From: Daphnia carinata
Taxonomy: Eukaryota
DNA length: 64,000 nt
NCBI RefSeq assembly: GCF_022539665.2
Contig: NC_081331.1
Location: 1,178,001-1,242,000, forward strand
Direction of reading: 5' to 3'
The notes under the pieces were generated by a model. That model was not told the DNA's origin and did not search any database. It worked only from the letters and a program-made list of their open reading frames with translations. This document shows positions 24,353-38,800 of this stretch, piece by piece. Within the stretch, counting starts at the first letter, position 1. Each line of letters begins with the position of its first letter. The position numbers and the translations under genes are program-made.

Positions 24353-26485
24353 TTATACAGGGACTACTCCAAGACCGACACCTCCCTCGTGTGCACACAT
24401 TGAAGACCCGAAACTCCATTTATCTGTTTTTGGATCATAAACCTCCACAGTATTTAGATTTCTGGAAATGAATGAAAAACGAGTACGCGAGAAAGAAACA
24501 TTGTTAGTGCCATGCTCCAGGAAGACTAAATATTTAAACTCTTACGCAGTGCCGTCATATCCTCCAACGGCCCAAAGACGACCGGCATTAGCTGCCAACG
24601 CCACTCGACTACGTGTTACACTCATAGGTGCAACATGGCTCCATTTTTCTGTTTTAGGGTCAAAAACTTCCACCGAACGTAGGAATGTAGAGCCATCATA
24701 CCCGCCACACGCATACAGCTTACCCTCTAATACAGCGACTCCCAATCTGTGTTTCAGTTGACAAGGGAATGCGAACTTAGTTGCTTTAACATCGTAAAGG
24801 AAAGTAATAATATACCTGCAACGCTTTGAAAGCATAGGAACACCAAGAGACCAACGCCCGGTTTGGGGATTGTACTTTTCAACTGAATCAAAAATGCTTA
24901 GGCCATCATGTCCCCCTAGGACGTATATATGGTTGTCAAATGACACTACTCCAGCAGCACTCCGATGCTTATTCATGGCAGAAATGGATTTCCAACAGTC
25001 AGTAGAAGGATCATATGACTCGCATGTGTTCAGTGATGTCACGCCATCATATCCGCCGCAAACCTAAGTATGTATGCATTTAGTCTGTTTTAAAAATAAA
25101 TGTTACTTAATTTTTCCATATGTACGTAAAGATGGTCGTGCAGAGAGGCTGCCCCTGCGGCGCTTCGTTTACAATTCATGGATCCTATGCTCCGCCAAAC
25201 CCGTTTAGGACCATCTAAGACTTCTACAGTCTGGAGCCTGTCAACACCGTTGTAGCCTCCGATAGCTACCATCATAAGCATAATATTAGATGAAAATAGG
25301 CTTTAATGGCATTCAGTTTTTTTTTTACCATATAAGTTGTTACGTAGGATAGCGACTCCAACACGGCTTCGACGAATCGACATAGCTTCTGCCGGGTTCC
25401 ATCTGCCAGTAACAGGATCCATAACTTCTACAGTGCTTAACGAATCGCCTGCTTTAGTCAGTCCTCCAACGGCATACAAAAGACCAGACTGGAAAAAGAA
25501 AAAAGTATAAAAATATTAGCGTGGTATTAGTCATGTGTTGATAAAATGACGAAAACGTAGATGAGGCACTATGTACCTTGGGGAGAAGAATATTTATTTG
25601 AGTGTTATTTATAGAGAACTTTTTATTCTTTACCACATCAGAAAAACATCGAGGGCGACATCGATAACTCTTGAACATCGAGCGTCGCTCTGGCAGAAGA
25701 TGGAAATCTTTTGCTTCATCCACTAGATCACGACAACGATGGCAACTGCGAATCAATTCCTCCTTTGAAACACGGTCCGTTAAAAAGGTAGGACTTAGTA
25801 GAGGCAATCGAACTTGGGCTAGTAGACTCGGCAGGTGTTTGGCTCTTGTCTCGGTATCTTTTTTAACCCAACGGATTAATGCTTCGAAAGCCCCCTCTTC
25901 GCTAACGCATAACGTATCTCGGTTTAAGAGCTCCTTTATCTGACTCACATCTATGTTTACAAACTCTTCTTCTTCTGCAACCTGTGTAAAATTCTTTTCA
26001 AGGAAGGAATCAGCTGCTTTCACTAGGTCTACGCAACTTAGGGTTTCTGCAAATGACTGAATCCCCAAAACATTTTTGCAATCTAATCTCTGTTTGTAGT
26101 AATCAGCACAAGCATCACGAACTTGATTCAACTGAAGGTAAGCTGCTCCTATCATTAGGTTGTTAATATTCTCAGGATGGAGTGTGATTTTCCCACTGTA
26201 GGCAAATTGGATTAATGATTCCATTGCACTTGGGTCTATTCCTCGTACTTCAACCTCTCTCTGTTTGCTCTCTAACATGTCAATAGTGAACATGGAATTG
26301 AAGTATGGTATAGTAGCACAAAGAACAATACGATGGGCACTGAAATATTTGTCATCAACCTTGATTGTGACGTCACAGAGCAGCCCTTGCTTTCGAATTT
26401 CTTCGAAAACAGGGAATGCACTGTTGGGTAGATCAGTTTGTTGAAAGAGGACACAACCATCACTTTTTATGCATGTATCAGTCAT
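24353..26485 (-). CDS. KLHL18: Kelch-like protein 18 (BTB-BACK-Kelch CUL3 adaptor), multi-exon
   Basis: FEEIRKQGLLCDVTIKV...AHRIVLCATIPYF, CHRCRDLVDEAKDFHLLPERR, Kelch repeats (GGHDGLSIFDSVE, GGYDGSTFLRSVE, MSVTRSRVALAANAGRLWAVGGYDG), and the characteristic end MCAHEGGVGLGVVPV*. Confidence 0.93.
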
Positions 26486-29400
26486 GACTTGTATGAAATT
26501 TAAAAAAATAGGCACGTAAACTTAATTTAAATCAATCGATTAGTCAAGAAAATCTAAACCCCCGACTTAAAAAACAGAGAAATTCGTTCTTAAAATCGTA
26601 GTCATCAAACAACAACTTTTTTGGACAAATATCAACGTAATACAAACAGTTGTCAACGTCATCTGGCGTGCAAAAGATCAACCAGTAGCAAATAGTAAAA
26701 ATACATAGTTGCAAAAACAAATCTAAATATTTCTACAAACGTATAAAGAAAAAATACATTGCAATACGGAACACAAATAAATAAATAGACGGATTGAATG
26801 ATTGAACGATTCCCGATCAACCTGATCTTTGGCCATGGTGCTAGTCGAAGGGTTGGTAACTAAGGACAAATTTCATCGTTCGAAACTTGATAGCATGATG
26901 GATGGCGTTAGCTTATTGTTCACGTGCAAGGACACCATAAAATTCTTGCTTCATCTAAGTGGTGCATATCAGCTTTTATTGGTGTTTTCCTTTTCTAAAC
27001 ATTTTCGGCGTACACCGCTATGAATTAACCCGCCACGCATCAAGACTCTAGCTATTTTCCGACTGGCGCATACCTATCTCTGAAAATGGGTACATTCTAT
27101 TGTGCTGACATTCCTTGAGCGCCACTTCAAAACTCTCCCGTAGACTGCGAAACAGCCGGCCTGCATCAGAAGGCTTAACGGATTGACCAATAGGTAGTTT
27201 TGCTTGAATGCAAGGCTTCCGTGTTAGAGAACAAATTTGGATGTAGCGCTTTATGAAATTGGAATCGAAACATGGTTGCACATTTTTGTCTCCAAATCAG
27301 ATCCACCACTAAACTCTGGATGGCCATTGACAGTCACGACCTGATAAAAACAACGGGGACAAAACACGGGCTTAAAAAAGCCTGCCGAGACAATTGGAAC
27401 GGGGCTAGCAAAAAATTGGAAAATCATCGAGTTAAATTATATGACAACGAGCCCTGTGATTATTGCGGATTGACGACGTCGTTTCCATACTATCAAATTT
27501 CAAGTTTTGTAATGACTAGCCGTGGGGTGCGGTTCTCGTTCGAGATGCCCTTAGGAATCAGTCAACACTCATGCAGTTCTTTTAAACCACCGAATATACC
27601 GAAAACTGGAAATGATTGCCCAAATTGTCCATTTATTATTTCTATACACGAAGCGATCCAATTATATTTATTTTTTTTTATTTTTTTCATGGTCAACTGG
27701 ACTTACAGAAGAGTTCAGCAAGATACCCTTGGTATGGGCCCTTGTGAGCTGCTGGCAAATGAATCTCATGATCGAGGTGGAGTTAGGCGACTTGTTCAGC
27801 CTTGAAGAAATTAACGTAACGGGGGGTTGAGAAATCGTTATTCCACACCGTCAGAATTTTACGTCTCAACGAAATAGAAAACGACCGTATTGTAAAAAAA
27901 AATGCACAACAGTCCGTCATTGCTAGTTGTTTCTACTCTCTTTTTTGACGTTGTATATGCACGAGTCACCTTACACTGCTGCGAATCTGCTCGAGTGCTA
28001 TTAGACTGCGTTCTGGGTTTCTAGACTCGTTTTGCTATAACACTGTGTACGCTACGCCGTTACAATCTCATTGGAATCTAGGAGAAAACGGGGTCAGCAA
28101 TCCGGCACGACTGAGAAATTACTGTATGCGTTCAAACTTTTTGCTTTTCTTTCTTTGGCTTTTTTCTTTCTTTGGTCTTTCGGGTGATTTGCCGAAGTAC
28201 CGTGGCACTGGTAGTTCATACATGAAAGCACGAAATTCCGCCAAAGGCCATGCTGGTGAACCCACCGGCAGAGCGCAGAACGAAAAAATAAAAAAGACCA
28301 TATATATGCACAAAGACTGCGATGTGTAAGTATCTGTACCATGCAGCGAAGGTACCTTGATTTGGTATGCAAATAAACTGGATATCTAGAAACAAGGATT
28401 TTCCTGGTTTTCCAGTCCATTGTTCGTCTCTAACCAAGCTCCCTATATGTCATCACTAAACAGCACAGCAAGTTTGCACTAATTATTCTCCAGGCTATTA
28501 CGTTCATGGAAGAAAATTGTTTTCCGCTAACTCAACACGAATGACCTCTGTTTCTCTGAACGCGATGTGACTGATGTGGCATCCTTTGTAACCTCGTTAA
28601 AAATTACACAACGTAAAATGACATGAGAGGTTGTATCCTTATCCGTGGTAGTCTGTACCTTCACGCAAAACCATTGTGAAATTAGTTTCGTCAGTTTTAA
28701 ACCATCCGTCATATTAGCAAATTCCAATGACATATGCTGAGGAAACATGGCATGCGAGCCGGATCAACCAGGAGTCAAACGCGTGAAAGAAAAGGCGACA
28801 AAAGAGAAGCATTTATACAGAAAAAGGTTGCATACGTTAGAAACCAAAGAGCTCTGCTTTGTCACAACAGCAATATCAACAATGTCAACCTTCGGAAAGT
28901 GCTACATTTGACATTTCACCGTGCCATAACGCAGCCCCAAAATCAGAGATGTAGCACCGAAACATTTAACAAGTCTTGGAATCCATCAGATGATGCGATT
29001 TCGAAAGGCGTGACTAGTCCGTATAAAGGAAACGTTCAAGGTTATTGGCAAGTCGCTACAGCGAACTGAACTGCAATGTGCTCCACCCTGTATCGTTCAA
29101 CATATACCTCTCTCTTCGTAGACGATATTGTTGGCCATTGCGTACGCGTGGTGAAGCAACCGGTTAGAAGAAGGACATAATGATACGTAGATTCAAAACT
29201 TTGTCAAATTAGGTGGACAATGCGATACACAAGGATTCACAGTGTGTCCCTAAAATTCTTACAGAGCCCTAAGGTGCCGCTGCTACTTTAATGATTAACT
29301 AATTACTACGAGCTGTGCAATGCAGCAATTGGATTCTTTATTATCTCAAATAATTTTTTTTCGCCCTCGACATTGACAATTGATTTTTGTTTCCGACACT

Positions 29401-32400
29401 CCCTCCGCATTGCGGAAGGAATTGCATATCAGTCTTTTCCCAATGAGAAATATTCAAGTTACCTTTTCTTTCAAATATATTGAATAAGGCGACTTTTGTT
29501 TTTGTCTTTACGCTACTCTGGTTTGGCTCTTTGGCGGTCAATTTTACAGTTCTACAAGGTTACTTCGTGGGTGTGTACAACCAATACGCATTTTACTGAA
29601 ATTCAAATCGAAAAATTTCTACCGCATTTCATCTGTTTCTTGACGGTGAAGAATGTCCGATGAAGGAAAATTGCTCAATTAGATGGCCGCAAAAGATTCC
29701 GAAGCATTTCCTCCTTAGCAATCTGTCATTTTATATTTGGATTGTTAACATCTCAATCAAACTTGTACATGCTGACGCAAACTAAGGAGAAAAGTGAACT
29801 CGGTAACCGGTAACTAACTAGTTAGAACGGGTGAAGACGGGGAACACCATCGCCTACTTAGTCGAAGAAAGTTTTTTTCAAAGGCGAAAAACAAAAGAAG
29901 AAAACAGGTTATTTTCATGGAAATCTGAAATTGCGTTGCAGCTATTATTACCGCGCTGCATGCGTTTGTAGCCGCCAGGTAGTCCAGGTCGATCTAGATG
30001 AACCCGGAGTATGATGACGATGAGGCTATTGCTTCTTGCTATCGGATAGAAAGGGGGGAAAGGTGAATTCCCTACACCCTCTCGATAACTTGTCTATGTA
30101 AGGAAACAACGGTTAGTTTGGGGAACACCATCGTCATTGTGACATTTTTTGTGAAAAAGCAAACAGCAAAGAAACAGGTTCGAGAGAATACAGAATTGCG
30201 ATTTCACGCAACCGAAGCTATCGATGTCGAATGGTATAAGATGCCGACCCTTTGCTGGGATCTGGTAAATATATGAACCGGGATGAACCAGGATGAAAAA
30301 AACATTTGATAAGATAAAATACAATGTACTTGGCCGTCATGCCCAGTGGAGCAACCAAATAATTTAACCTTTTTATCCTGTTGTTGGTGACAAGAGGAGA
30401 GGAAAGGAAAGGGAAACGAGATTGTCTTTTGCGATACGCACGCCATGTCCGGCTATTGGTTGCGAGCGAGTGACGATGATTAGGGAAGTCAATCTTTGTA
30501 AGGGCATTTAGTTAGTGTGAATGCCGTTTTTCCGCGGAAAAGTCACGAAGCGGAACTCAATTGTCTGACGAAAACAAAGCGGAAACTATGCACAAGCTTT
30601 TACGAAGTACTGACAAAGCTCCTCACGACATTGCAAGGCCCTCTCCTTGACTGTGAATTGTTTGTTCCTTTGAAAATAGTGTGACATTTAAAAAAAACGG
30701 ACAAAACGGTCGATTCCCTTGTTCTTATTTTCATTAACACCTGAATAACAGCGAAGTTGATTTCCTTGTTTTTCTCAGATATTAATTGCAACAATGGCGG
30801 TTGCATACCGAGCTGTTTCAGTATGAACACGACCAAATGCACAGAGAGACAAGCCCAACCAAGACTGCTTGGCAGTAACCTTGCAGGATCGAATTGTTTT
30901 TTTGTGCTTTTTGACTCTTTTATTATTTTATTTTTTAGTTTTCCTTTCGTTGCGCACTTGATATTTTTTTTGCCCTTTTTTTTTTAAAGAAAAGCTAGAA
31001 CATTCACTAATGTGGACTGAAAACGACCACACCTACAGAGTGGAATGTTCAGCACCACGTTCAATTCGAGCAATTTCATTTAGATAAAACTGCATAACAG
31101 GACAAAGGAAGGCAAAAAACATAAGGTGAAATAGAAAAACACAAGGCTTTTTGACAACAACTTTTGTCAAAGTTGTGATAACATTTGATGGCAGTCGGAG
31201 AAAAAAAAAATTGATGATAAATCTTTAATCGCAGCGAGCATTGTATACTTGACTTTGACATCCAATAAATGATTCCCGGAAAGAAACATGTATATTCCTA
31301 TTACTCTGATTGTCCAAGATGTTCATTAAAAAATCATTTACAGCTAGGCTAGATTTATGAAAAGAGATTGTCAGCTCGTTCCCGTGTCCAAGCATCGTGA
31401 GTTTTATGACCTAGAAAACCCACAAAATCATTGAATCAAAACCTAGTGTAAGAAATGAAACGGACGCTGTGATTTCCTTCGTTATTTGTTGTTCGTATAC
31501 CTATGCCGGACTTACTACTCGCCGTTTCCTTCCGGCATCAAGTGGATGTAATAATTCAAGTGTCCTTCCTTATTGTCACGACTAGTGCGTGGCGACACAT
31601 GATTTCGCCCTCATCTACGTCAATGGTTGTTCCCCTATCATTCGAATTTCGTGTCATTTACCGGAACGGGAAGGATTGCGAGGCCTTGAGTAAAAATTAC
31701 CCAATCAAAAATACCGCGATTTCAGATATGACGAAATCTAGTAGTTTTCCAATTAGCAAGCGGCCAGTTACGAGAAAATCTAATACAATTTTGAAACTAG
31801 GTGTATTCACCGTCTATTGCGCATTGGGCATTCAATAGAAGGCTGTACAATTGAATTTTGTATGCGTGTAAGTTAATGGGGGCGCAGCACATGGTACGAT
31901 ACGCAGAGCTTAATTCGCAAATATTGAAATGCTACCTTGGGGCAACAAAATTATTTTCTAACACTTTTTGCAACCCTCAAAAAGCGAACAACAAGTCGCC
32001 ATTTATGCGCCAATTGACCCAAAAAAGATTTCCAGCCGTCAATGCATCATGCGCGCTATTGTCGGTTGTCGTCGCGTTAGAGGCGATAGCCAGTAGCGCT
32101 TGATTGATTGAAAGTGAGAATGCTATTGCGCACACGTGCTAAAACTCCCATTATAATCGGTGTTTGATAACTCAAGTTCTCTCCGTTTTTATATGCCTTT
32201 TTTGTAACTGTTCCACTGAAGTGAGCTGGATAACCCTGACTCTGATTCACGTTTTGCGAGTCATTTTTTTTTTGTTTCATCAGCGCATGACCTCTCCAGC
32301 GTAGAAGTCGGCTACCCAACAAGTAGGCGACAGTCTCTATTTTCATATACACACATACTTTCGGCAAGGAGGTTTACCTTCGAGATGGAACAAGATATAT

Positions 32401-35242
32401 TACGTCGGTCTGAATAGGGGAGAGCCGATGTGTTGTTGTTTTTTCTGGTTTTTTTCTCAACTCCGCGGGTCCAGTGAAATCGCCACTGGCCCTATGTACA
32501 TACGCATGCATAAAAACAAAAACTATATTTAATCACTCAGGCATACCCTAAATATAATACGTGTAGAGAGAAAGAGAGAGAGCGACAATTGAAGGTAGAC
32601 AAAAAAAAATGTGTGTGAGTATAATAACGTGAGGGCGGTAGCTGAGCAATGTAACAAACAAAAGGAAAGAAAGCGTTTGAGGTATAGGTACACAATAGAA
32701 ACAAACAAATGTCCTTAACTATGGCAAGCCGTCTTGACGAGTATTCTGAATTCCATTGTGTGTCGTGCACCTCGAAATCCTTTTTTTCAACGGGACCAAC
32801 TTGACATGCAGCAACGGGAATCGAGTTGTATAGACGCCTTTGTTTATAAACACTCCCATGTCACGACAAACGAACGAAATCGCAACATGCCCCCGATTAG
32901 ATTCCCTCGGCCGCCGAAATCCATTACTACATGACGGTATACATGGGCAGAACAAAAACAACACGCACAGGTATGACTATGCAACAAAACGGTTCGAGAA
33001 AGTGCGCGGGCTGTATAGCGGCGTTCAAAAAATCAAAAGAGTTTTATCTTTTGATCATTGTTGGCGAAACACATCAACGACACCATCGGATCCGCTTCGT
33101 ACATCCGCTTGATAACAAATTAGCATATCCCTATATGCAAAACATAACTACTGAGGAGCTATAGGCGAGTCATCGCCTCCTGGACGAATCGTGCAATAGA
33201 ATTTATGGAGCTCTCTATATTTACCTTCAAATTCCCGTTTTTTTATTTTGTGTGTATAAAGTTCCTGTTCTGCTTGCATACAATTTTCGTTTTTCCCCAT
33301 ACAGGTGGGCTTTATTTGTAGCCTGCCAAATGGGAAGCTCCATAGATATTGCTTGTGCGCAGTTAACCGTGCGTGCCCGCTAAACAAAGCTTTTGCGTTT
33401 TGTTATTAAATAGCGTAGCCTACGTCATCATGCCTTGTATTTTGCGGCTTTCGCCGAGAACTCGCAGCACCGCTTAGCAAAGCGAAATTGAGGTCGCTCT
33501 GTACATACTTGACTAGGGTGTCTGTACAGTCTGTGTTGCTCTTATTGCCACCAACCTGAGAGTGTATAAATTAGAGCTATATATACGTGTGTCTGTGCGA
33601 AGAGGGCAAGCTATTTAGTTTCTTTTTGAGTATCTCTACGAGTTTCTTTTCGACCATTAAATTCATATTTTTTTCTCTCTAAAATAATACCAAAGCATGC
33701 CATAATACCAAAGAGCCAGCACAATGCCAATTGGTGGTGGTCCCGCGTTCTTCATCAGCGATTCCGCCGCGCCAGCTGAGCAATTGTACTCAAAAAAAGA
33801 AATGGAAGAAAGGCGGAAGAATATTGCAGCTGTAGCAGCTACGAGCAACATGAGAATTCAATAATTATATGGGACGCTTTGAGGAAAGTTTTTGATTGGC
33901 CACTGAAATTGCTTCTCCACTCGTTATTCAGCATCATTGCTTTCGGTTCAATGTTTTATGAAAATGACGATTGCTGGCTAATTCGATTTGGCTAAAGGAA
34001 GAAAATGAAAAGATGGGAAAACCAAATGAAAGCAAGCGAAAAATAAAAAAAAACAATGATTAAAGTTGAAAATGGCAAATGTGAAGTATAACCACCGTAG
34101 GACATGTAGAAAGAAAAAGACGAAATGCTTTGGATCTTACGTAAGATGACCCGGAGTAGGAGCCATCTCTCTACCGAAAAATCCACAGGTAGCAAGCCAA
34201 TAAACATCTAGTGGTGAATTGTCAACTCATGCTGCTATAATTACTGTCTAACAAGAATCCTGACAATGACATCAAGTCATAAGAGTTGTTTGGCCGCAGG
34301 AAGAGTTCTCCTGTTGTGTATGGCAAGGGTCATCTCGAAATTGGAAATTATGCACCGTAGATGGTTCCTCATTCTCTCTTTTTTTTTAAATATCATCACA
34401 GATGAGTTGATTTTTATTTTTATTTTTTTCAGCCTTCAGTTAAAACGCCAGTTTCTTTGTTTTCGCTAGGGCGTTGCGATGCGGCAGGCCGGCAGCTAAG
34501 AGAGACTCCGTGCAGAAGAATAGGAATGACGTGTTTCTAATCCTTGGCGACCTCGTATACAAGCAAAGTGAAGGTAGATTGACGAGCAAAAGAACGATAT
34601 AGTTCTTTTGCCACAAGGCACAAGCTGTTGAAAGAAGGGAATTTCTGCGAAATTCCTACCAACGGTCGACACAATGCAAAAAGTACTGAGGCGATTGAGC
34701 ACCATCCCGTGGCATTGAAAGTGAACAACGAAGGGTTACTGAGATGCTGTTGAGTAAATGAACATTTTCAAACGAAAGAAAACAAAAAAATATAGAAAAA
34801 CACAAGACACATCGGACGCCCACACTTTTTCAGAAATGAAAACATGCAATAGAGGCACGCATACTCCATCAAAATGTTATGTGTAAACTCTATAGAGCTA
34901 TTTCATTTGCATATTAACAAAAACTGGTTAGGCAATATTCTGACTTGATTATCTGCGATTGTTTCTTATTTCTATTTCATTTGTATTTGTGTTCGTATTT
35001 GCTTCTGTTTTTTTTTGTGTGTGTTTTTTTTTGTCAGTTCTCGAATTGCATTTCAACAACAAAAGAATATATGGCCATATCTGGTCAAGTCAACGTTGAA
35101 ATTACCAAGGACATGATCGTGAAAAACCAGTATAGCCTCTCTTGTACTGTGGGCATACTTGGTTGAGTTGCTCACTCCCGACGATCGAACCACTGTTGAA
35201 GTTTGCTTTTTGCTTGTACATACACACATCAAGCGAAAAGAA

Positions 35243-35612
35243 TGAGAGAGCGAGAGAGAGAGGGCGGAGGGAGTCTGGGCGGAGAGATAGAATGGGAGGG
35301 TGGTTAAGAGAGAGAAAGAGACTGATCTATATCTGGAAAAAGAATAAATAATCGTACAAAAAAGAAAAGAAAAAGAGCTCACATCGGGAATACCCATGTT
35401 TTACATAAAAAAAAAAAAAAAAAAAAAAACAGTGAAATTTCAGGGCAATACAACTTGCCTAGCAAAGTTGGCTTGTGACTGGTTTTCTTGCTGCAAAAGA
35501 GACCCTTCCCTCTCTCTTTAATTCCACATCCTGTTAGAACTATAGCAATTCTTGCTATTAGTCTACCTATACTACATGGACCTTTTTTTTTTGTTAATAT
35601 TTTTTTTTTTTT
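35243..35612. repeat. Cluster of simple repeats: (GA)n, poly-A and poly-T runs
   Basis: GA-rich tract at about 35243-35320, A run at about 35407-35429, T runs at about 35583-35619. Confidence 0.6.
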
Positions 35613-35813
35613 TTTTTTTCAGTTCTTTGGTTCCCCCCTTTTCGATCCGCAGCTGTTGGTCTGTGTGTGTACGATTCTTGTTGGCTGTTGCAAGCCATAG
35701 GGAGTGGCCCGTGCATATCATGAAGAAAGGAGCAAGTCAGTTTGTCCTCTCAAGACAACAACAAAAAAAAAACTCGCCGTATAGCAGCTACTCCTCCACC
35801 AGGGCTGGGAACT

Positions 35814-35850
35814 TATAAAAGACGTTGAATTATAGCTCGTGCGATCAGTT
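35814..35850 (+). promoter_or_regulatory. Putative TATA plus Inr core promoter of SLC26 paralog A
   Basis: TATAAAA at 35814-35820 and arthropod Inr TCAGTT at 35845-35850 (about 33 nt from TATA to the Inr A). An ATG follows at 35859. Confidence 0.5.
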
Positions 35851-35858
35851 TTCTCAAC

Positions 35859-38800
35859 ATGTCACAGTGGTGCATAAGGCCAGGAGGACCTTTCAACCAG
35901 GAGGATCCTTCACCTGTTCGGACCGAGCCGCCAACACACAGCAGGATGTACGTTGAATCGAAATCCATCTCAGTTCCACCACACAAAGTTCCTTCCAACA
36001 GAACCACACTTACACACCCAAACACACACACAAATCCATCAGCACACTGTAGCCCTAGTTTTAGTTTTGTCATTTCTCAATAAGGATTTTCTTCATGCAC
36101 GATAGGGAAGCAAAGATGTACGGAGCCGGTTCTGAGTTATCGATTGTCAGCCGAAGCACGATGAGCACCTGGATATCGGATAGCCATTTCGTAGACGAAA
36201 TTCACAAAAAGCGTCGCCGTGTGTGCAAACGATGGCGAAAAACGTGCACCCGCGATTTACTGTACCGACGGCTACCGTTCTTATCGTGGATCACCAAATA
36301 CGATTTGTCTAAGCTTCTTTCCGATGCCAACGCTGGCATGGCCGTTTCCTTGACGGCCATCCCGCAAACGATCGGCTACGCGGCCGTGGCTGGACTTCCG
36401 GCACAGGTGAGTGTTCGCTGATTATTTTTATTTGGCCATTGCTGGTTAGTGTGCGTGTCTTTTTATTGGCAATTTGTTTGTGGCCGCGACTATCAAGAGT
36501 TAAAGAGTTTCACTATAAACCAAATTGGATATATCGAAACAACCTTAGATCGGTCTTTACTCCGCCTTTATGGGGCCGTTGATGTACATATTCTTCGGTA
36601 CCGTCAGAGAAATCTCTGTCGGCCCAAATAGTGTCCTCGCTTTGATGATCAACTCATACGTCAGCGAAGGCGGTGTCGCCTACGCCGTGATCCTAGCCTT
36701 TCTCACTGGTATCATCCAGCTGATTATTGGTTTATTGAATTTAGGTAAGACATTCAAACTATTCCCTCTTGTTAGGTGTTTATGTGTTACACCGTGTGTG
36801 TGTCCTAATTAAAACGCTCTTTGTTGTTGTTTGCCTTTTTTGCCCTTTTTCTTCATTTTTGGTTCGCATTGCTTTACCATTATTCGTCCAAAAAAAAAAC
36901 CCTTTCACCCGACAGCTCTATTCCGCACAAATCTCCCTATTTCAACTTTCGGTTTCGTTTTTTTTTTCGTCCTGTTTGCCCCATTTCTACCGAAATGAAA
37001 AGCAAAATTTCTTGTCACCCATGTAGCCTACTATACGACTGCTACTTCATCTGATCAACTCTGTTTATATTCTACAGGTTTCATAGTCGATCTTATATCG
37101 GCACCTGTTATTTCAGGATTCTGCTCAGCAGCTGCCCTGACTGCCATCGCCACACAAATGAAAGGGCTGTTGGGATTGAAATTTCAAGGCTCTAATTTCC
37201 TCGGAGTGTGGCGCGGGGTCTTTGAAAATTTGTCCGACATCAACTATTATGACGCTGGATTAGGATTCTTAACCATATTCTTACTGCTCATTATGCGAGT
37301 AAGTCAAATTAATTCTCCAAATTTTGTTGTTGGTGAACGACGTCTAATTTTCCCTTTCTATTTTCTATTTCTATTTTCCACCCACCCTTTTTTTTAACGA
37401 ATTTCAAGAAGCTCAATTGTATGGTGAATCTTGAAGTCTTCAAGGAAAAGGCTTGTTTTCAAAACCGATGGATTTCTCGGGCATTGTGGTTCGTCTCATC
37501 GAGCCGTAACGCTTCCGTGCTTATATTCAGTTGTCTGGCAGCGTACCTGCTGGAAATAAACGGATTGAATCAATTGACCTTGTCAGGTAGATAACAAACG
37601 TACCGAGAAATACGGCGTTTTTCTTCTTTCATTCTACTTTTTGTTGGAGAGAGCTGCACTGCTCTGGTTTGTGTTGTTCAGTTTTGCATTTGTTTCTTTT
37701 TTGCTAGTCCTTTTTCTTAATCGGTTAAACGCAGGGTTCCCCTTTACTTTACCAGCTTCTCGTAGTTTCTTTTTCTTTACATTTCTCTGCTCTTTATTTT
37801 ATTTTTTTTATTTTGTCACTTGCTTGTTTACTTCTGCCAATCTTCCCAAGCTTCACCTTTTATTTTTTTTCAATTAAAACTCGTTTTTTAGCTGCGAAAC
37901 ATCTAAGCGTGGCTGTATACGTAGTTGATAGAACTGGTAGAATTTCGCGGTCCTGTTTATTGTGCACGCTGCGTTAGTCGACTAGCTGGCGGCCTGACGG
38001 GACATTCTGTTCCACCTCCCCACCCTTGTCTTTTTTTGGCTGATGGGCGTTCCTCTCCTTCATCCTTTGTTATGTAGCTACAGTCACGGTTAACCTTCGG
38101 GCAACGTTGATCCGGCCTTGGCTAATCCGGTCCTAACGATTTCTAAACGCTCATTTTCGAGATCGACAGCAGGTAAGTCTGTGCAAAAGCAAAGATTTTT
38201 TTTTTGGGGTCGGATCGTGACGACCAACTCACGAAAAAAACAGAGCGAGCGATGGTTTGAAATTCGCCATCACGTTTTTTTCCTTTTGTTATCCGTTTTT
38301 TTCTTCCAAATGTTTAAACACGACAACCCGATTCAACCAAACCGATCGATTTCGCAACCGCCTGTCTGCACCTTTTTTTTCGTCTAAGCAAAAAAAAATC
38401 TCTGATCTAACGAGAATTAGCGAAATTTGCCAATCGAAATGGCACTGACGTAATAAAACTGCCATACATCGTCAACCGTTCCCTATCAAACTCTCACTGA
38501 TTCATACACAGACGTAATTTTTTCTTCGAACGCAATAAGTACGAATTTTTTTTTTCACAACATTCGATTCCTCGTGACAGGCATTTTTTTTTTGTCTTCC
38601 TACGTCACACATTTGAGGTGCCTGGAGGGCGCAGTTCTAATGCGTTCACAGGAATAAATAGTTAATTGAAAGTCTCTGACCGACAAGGGGATTGTCTATT
38701 ATCCCCCATCCCCTTTTATTTTGTGAACAAAAAGTTAGCATTGATTTGTGATTGTCCACATTCTTGAAGGTAAGATTAACTATCGCATTGCGTGAGGGAA

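Noticed and set aside
11..26485. Apparent functional cluster of growth and ubiquitin genes (LZTR1, KLHL18, Raptor)
   Set aside because: The two CUL3 adaptors have different architectures and are not local duplicates. Unrelated genes are interspersed, and co-location in a compact genome is expected by chance.
28450..35800. Many 60-115 aa ORFs in the ORF track
   Set aside because: Low-complexity F/K-rich translations of poly-T and poly-A tracts, with no domain motifs or coherent exon chains. Treated as intergenic or regulatory DNA.
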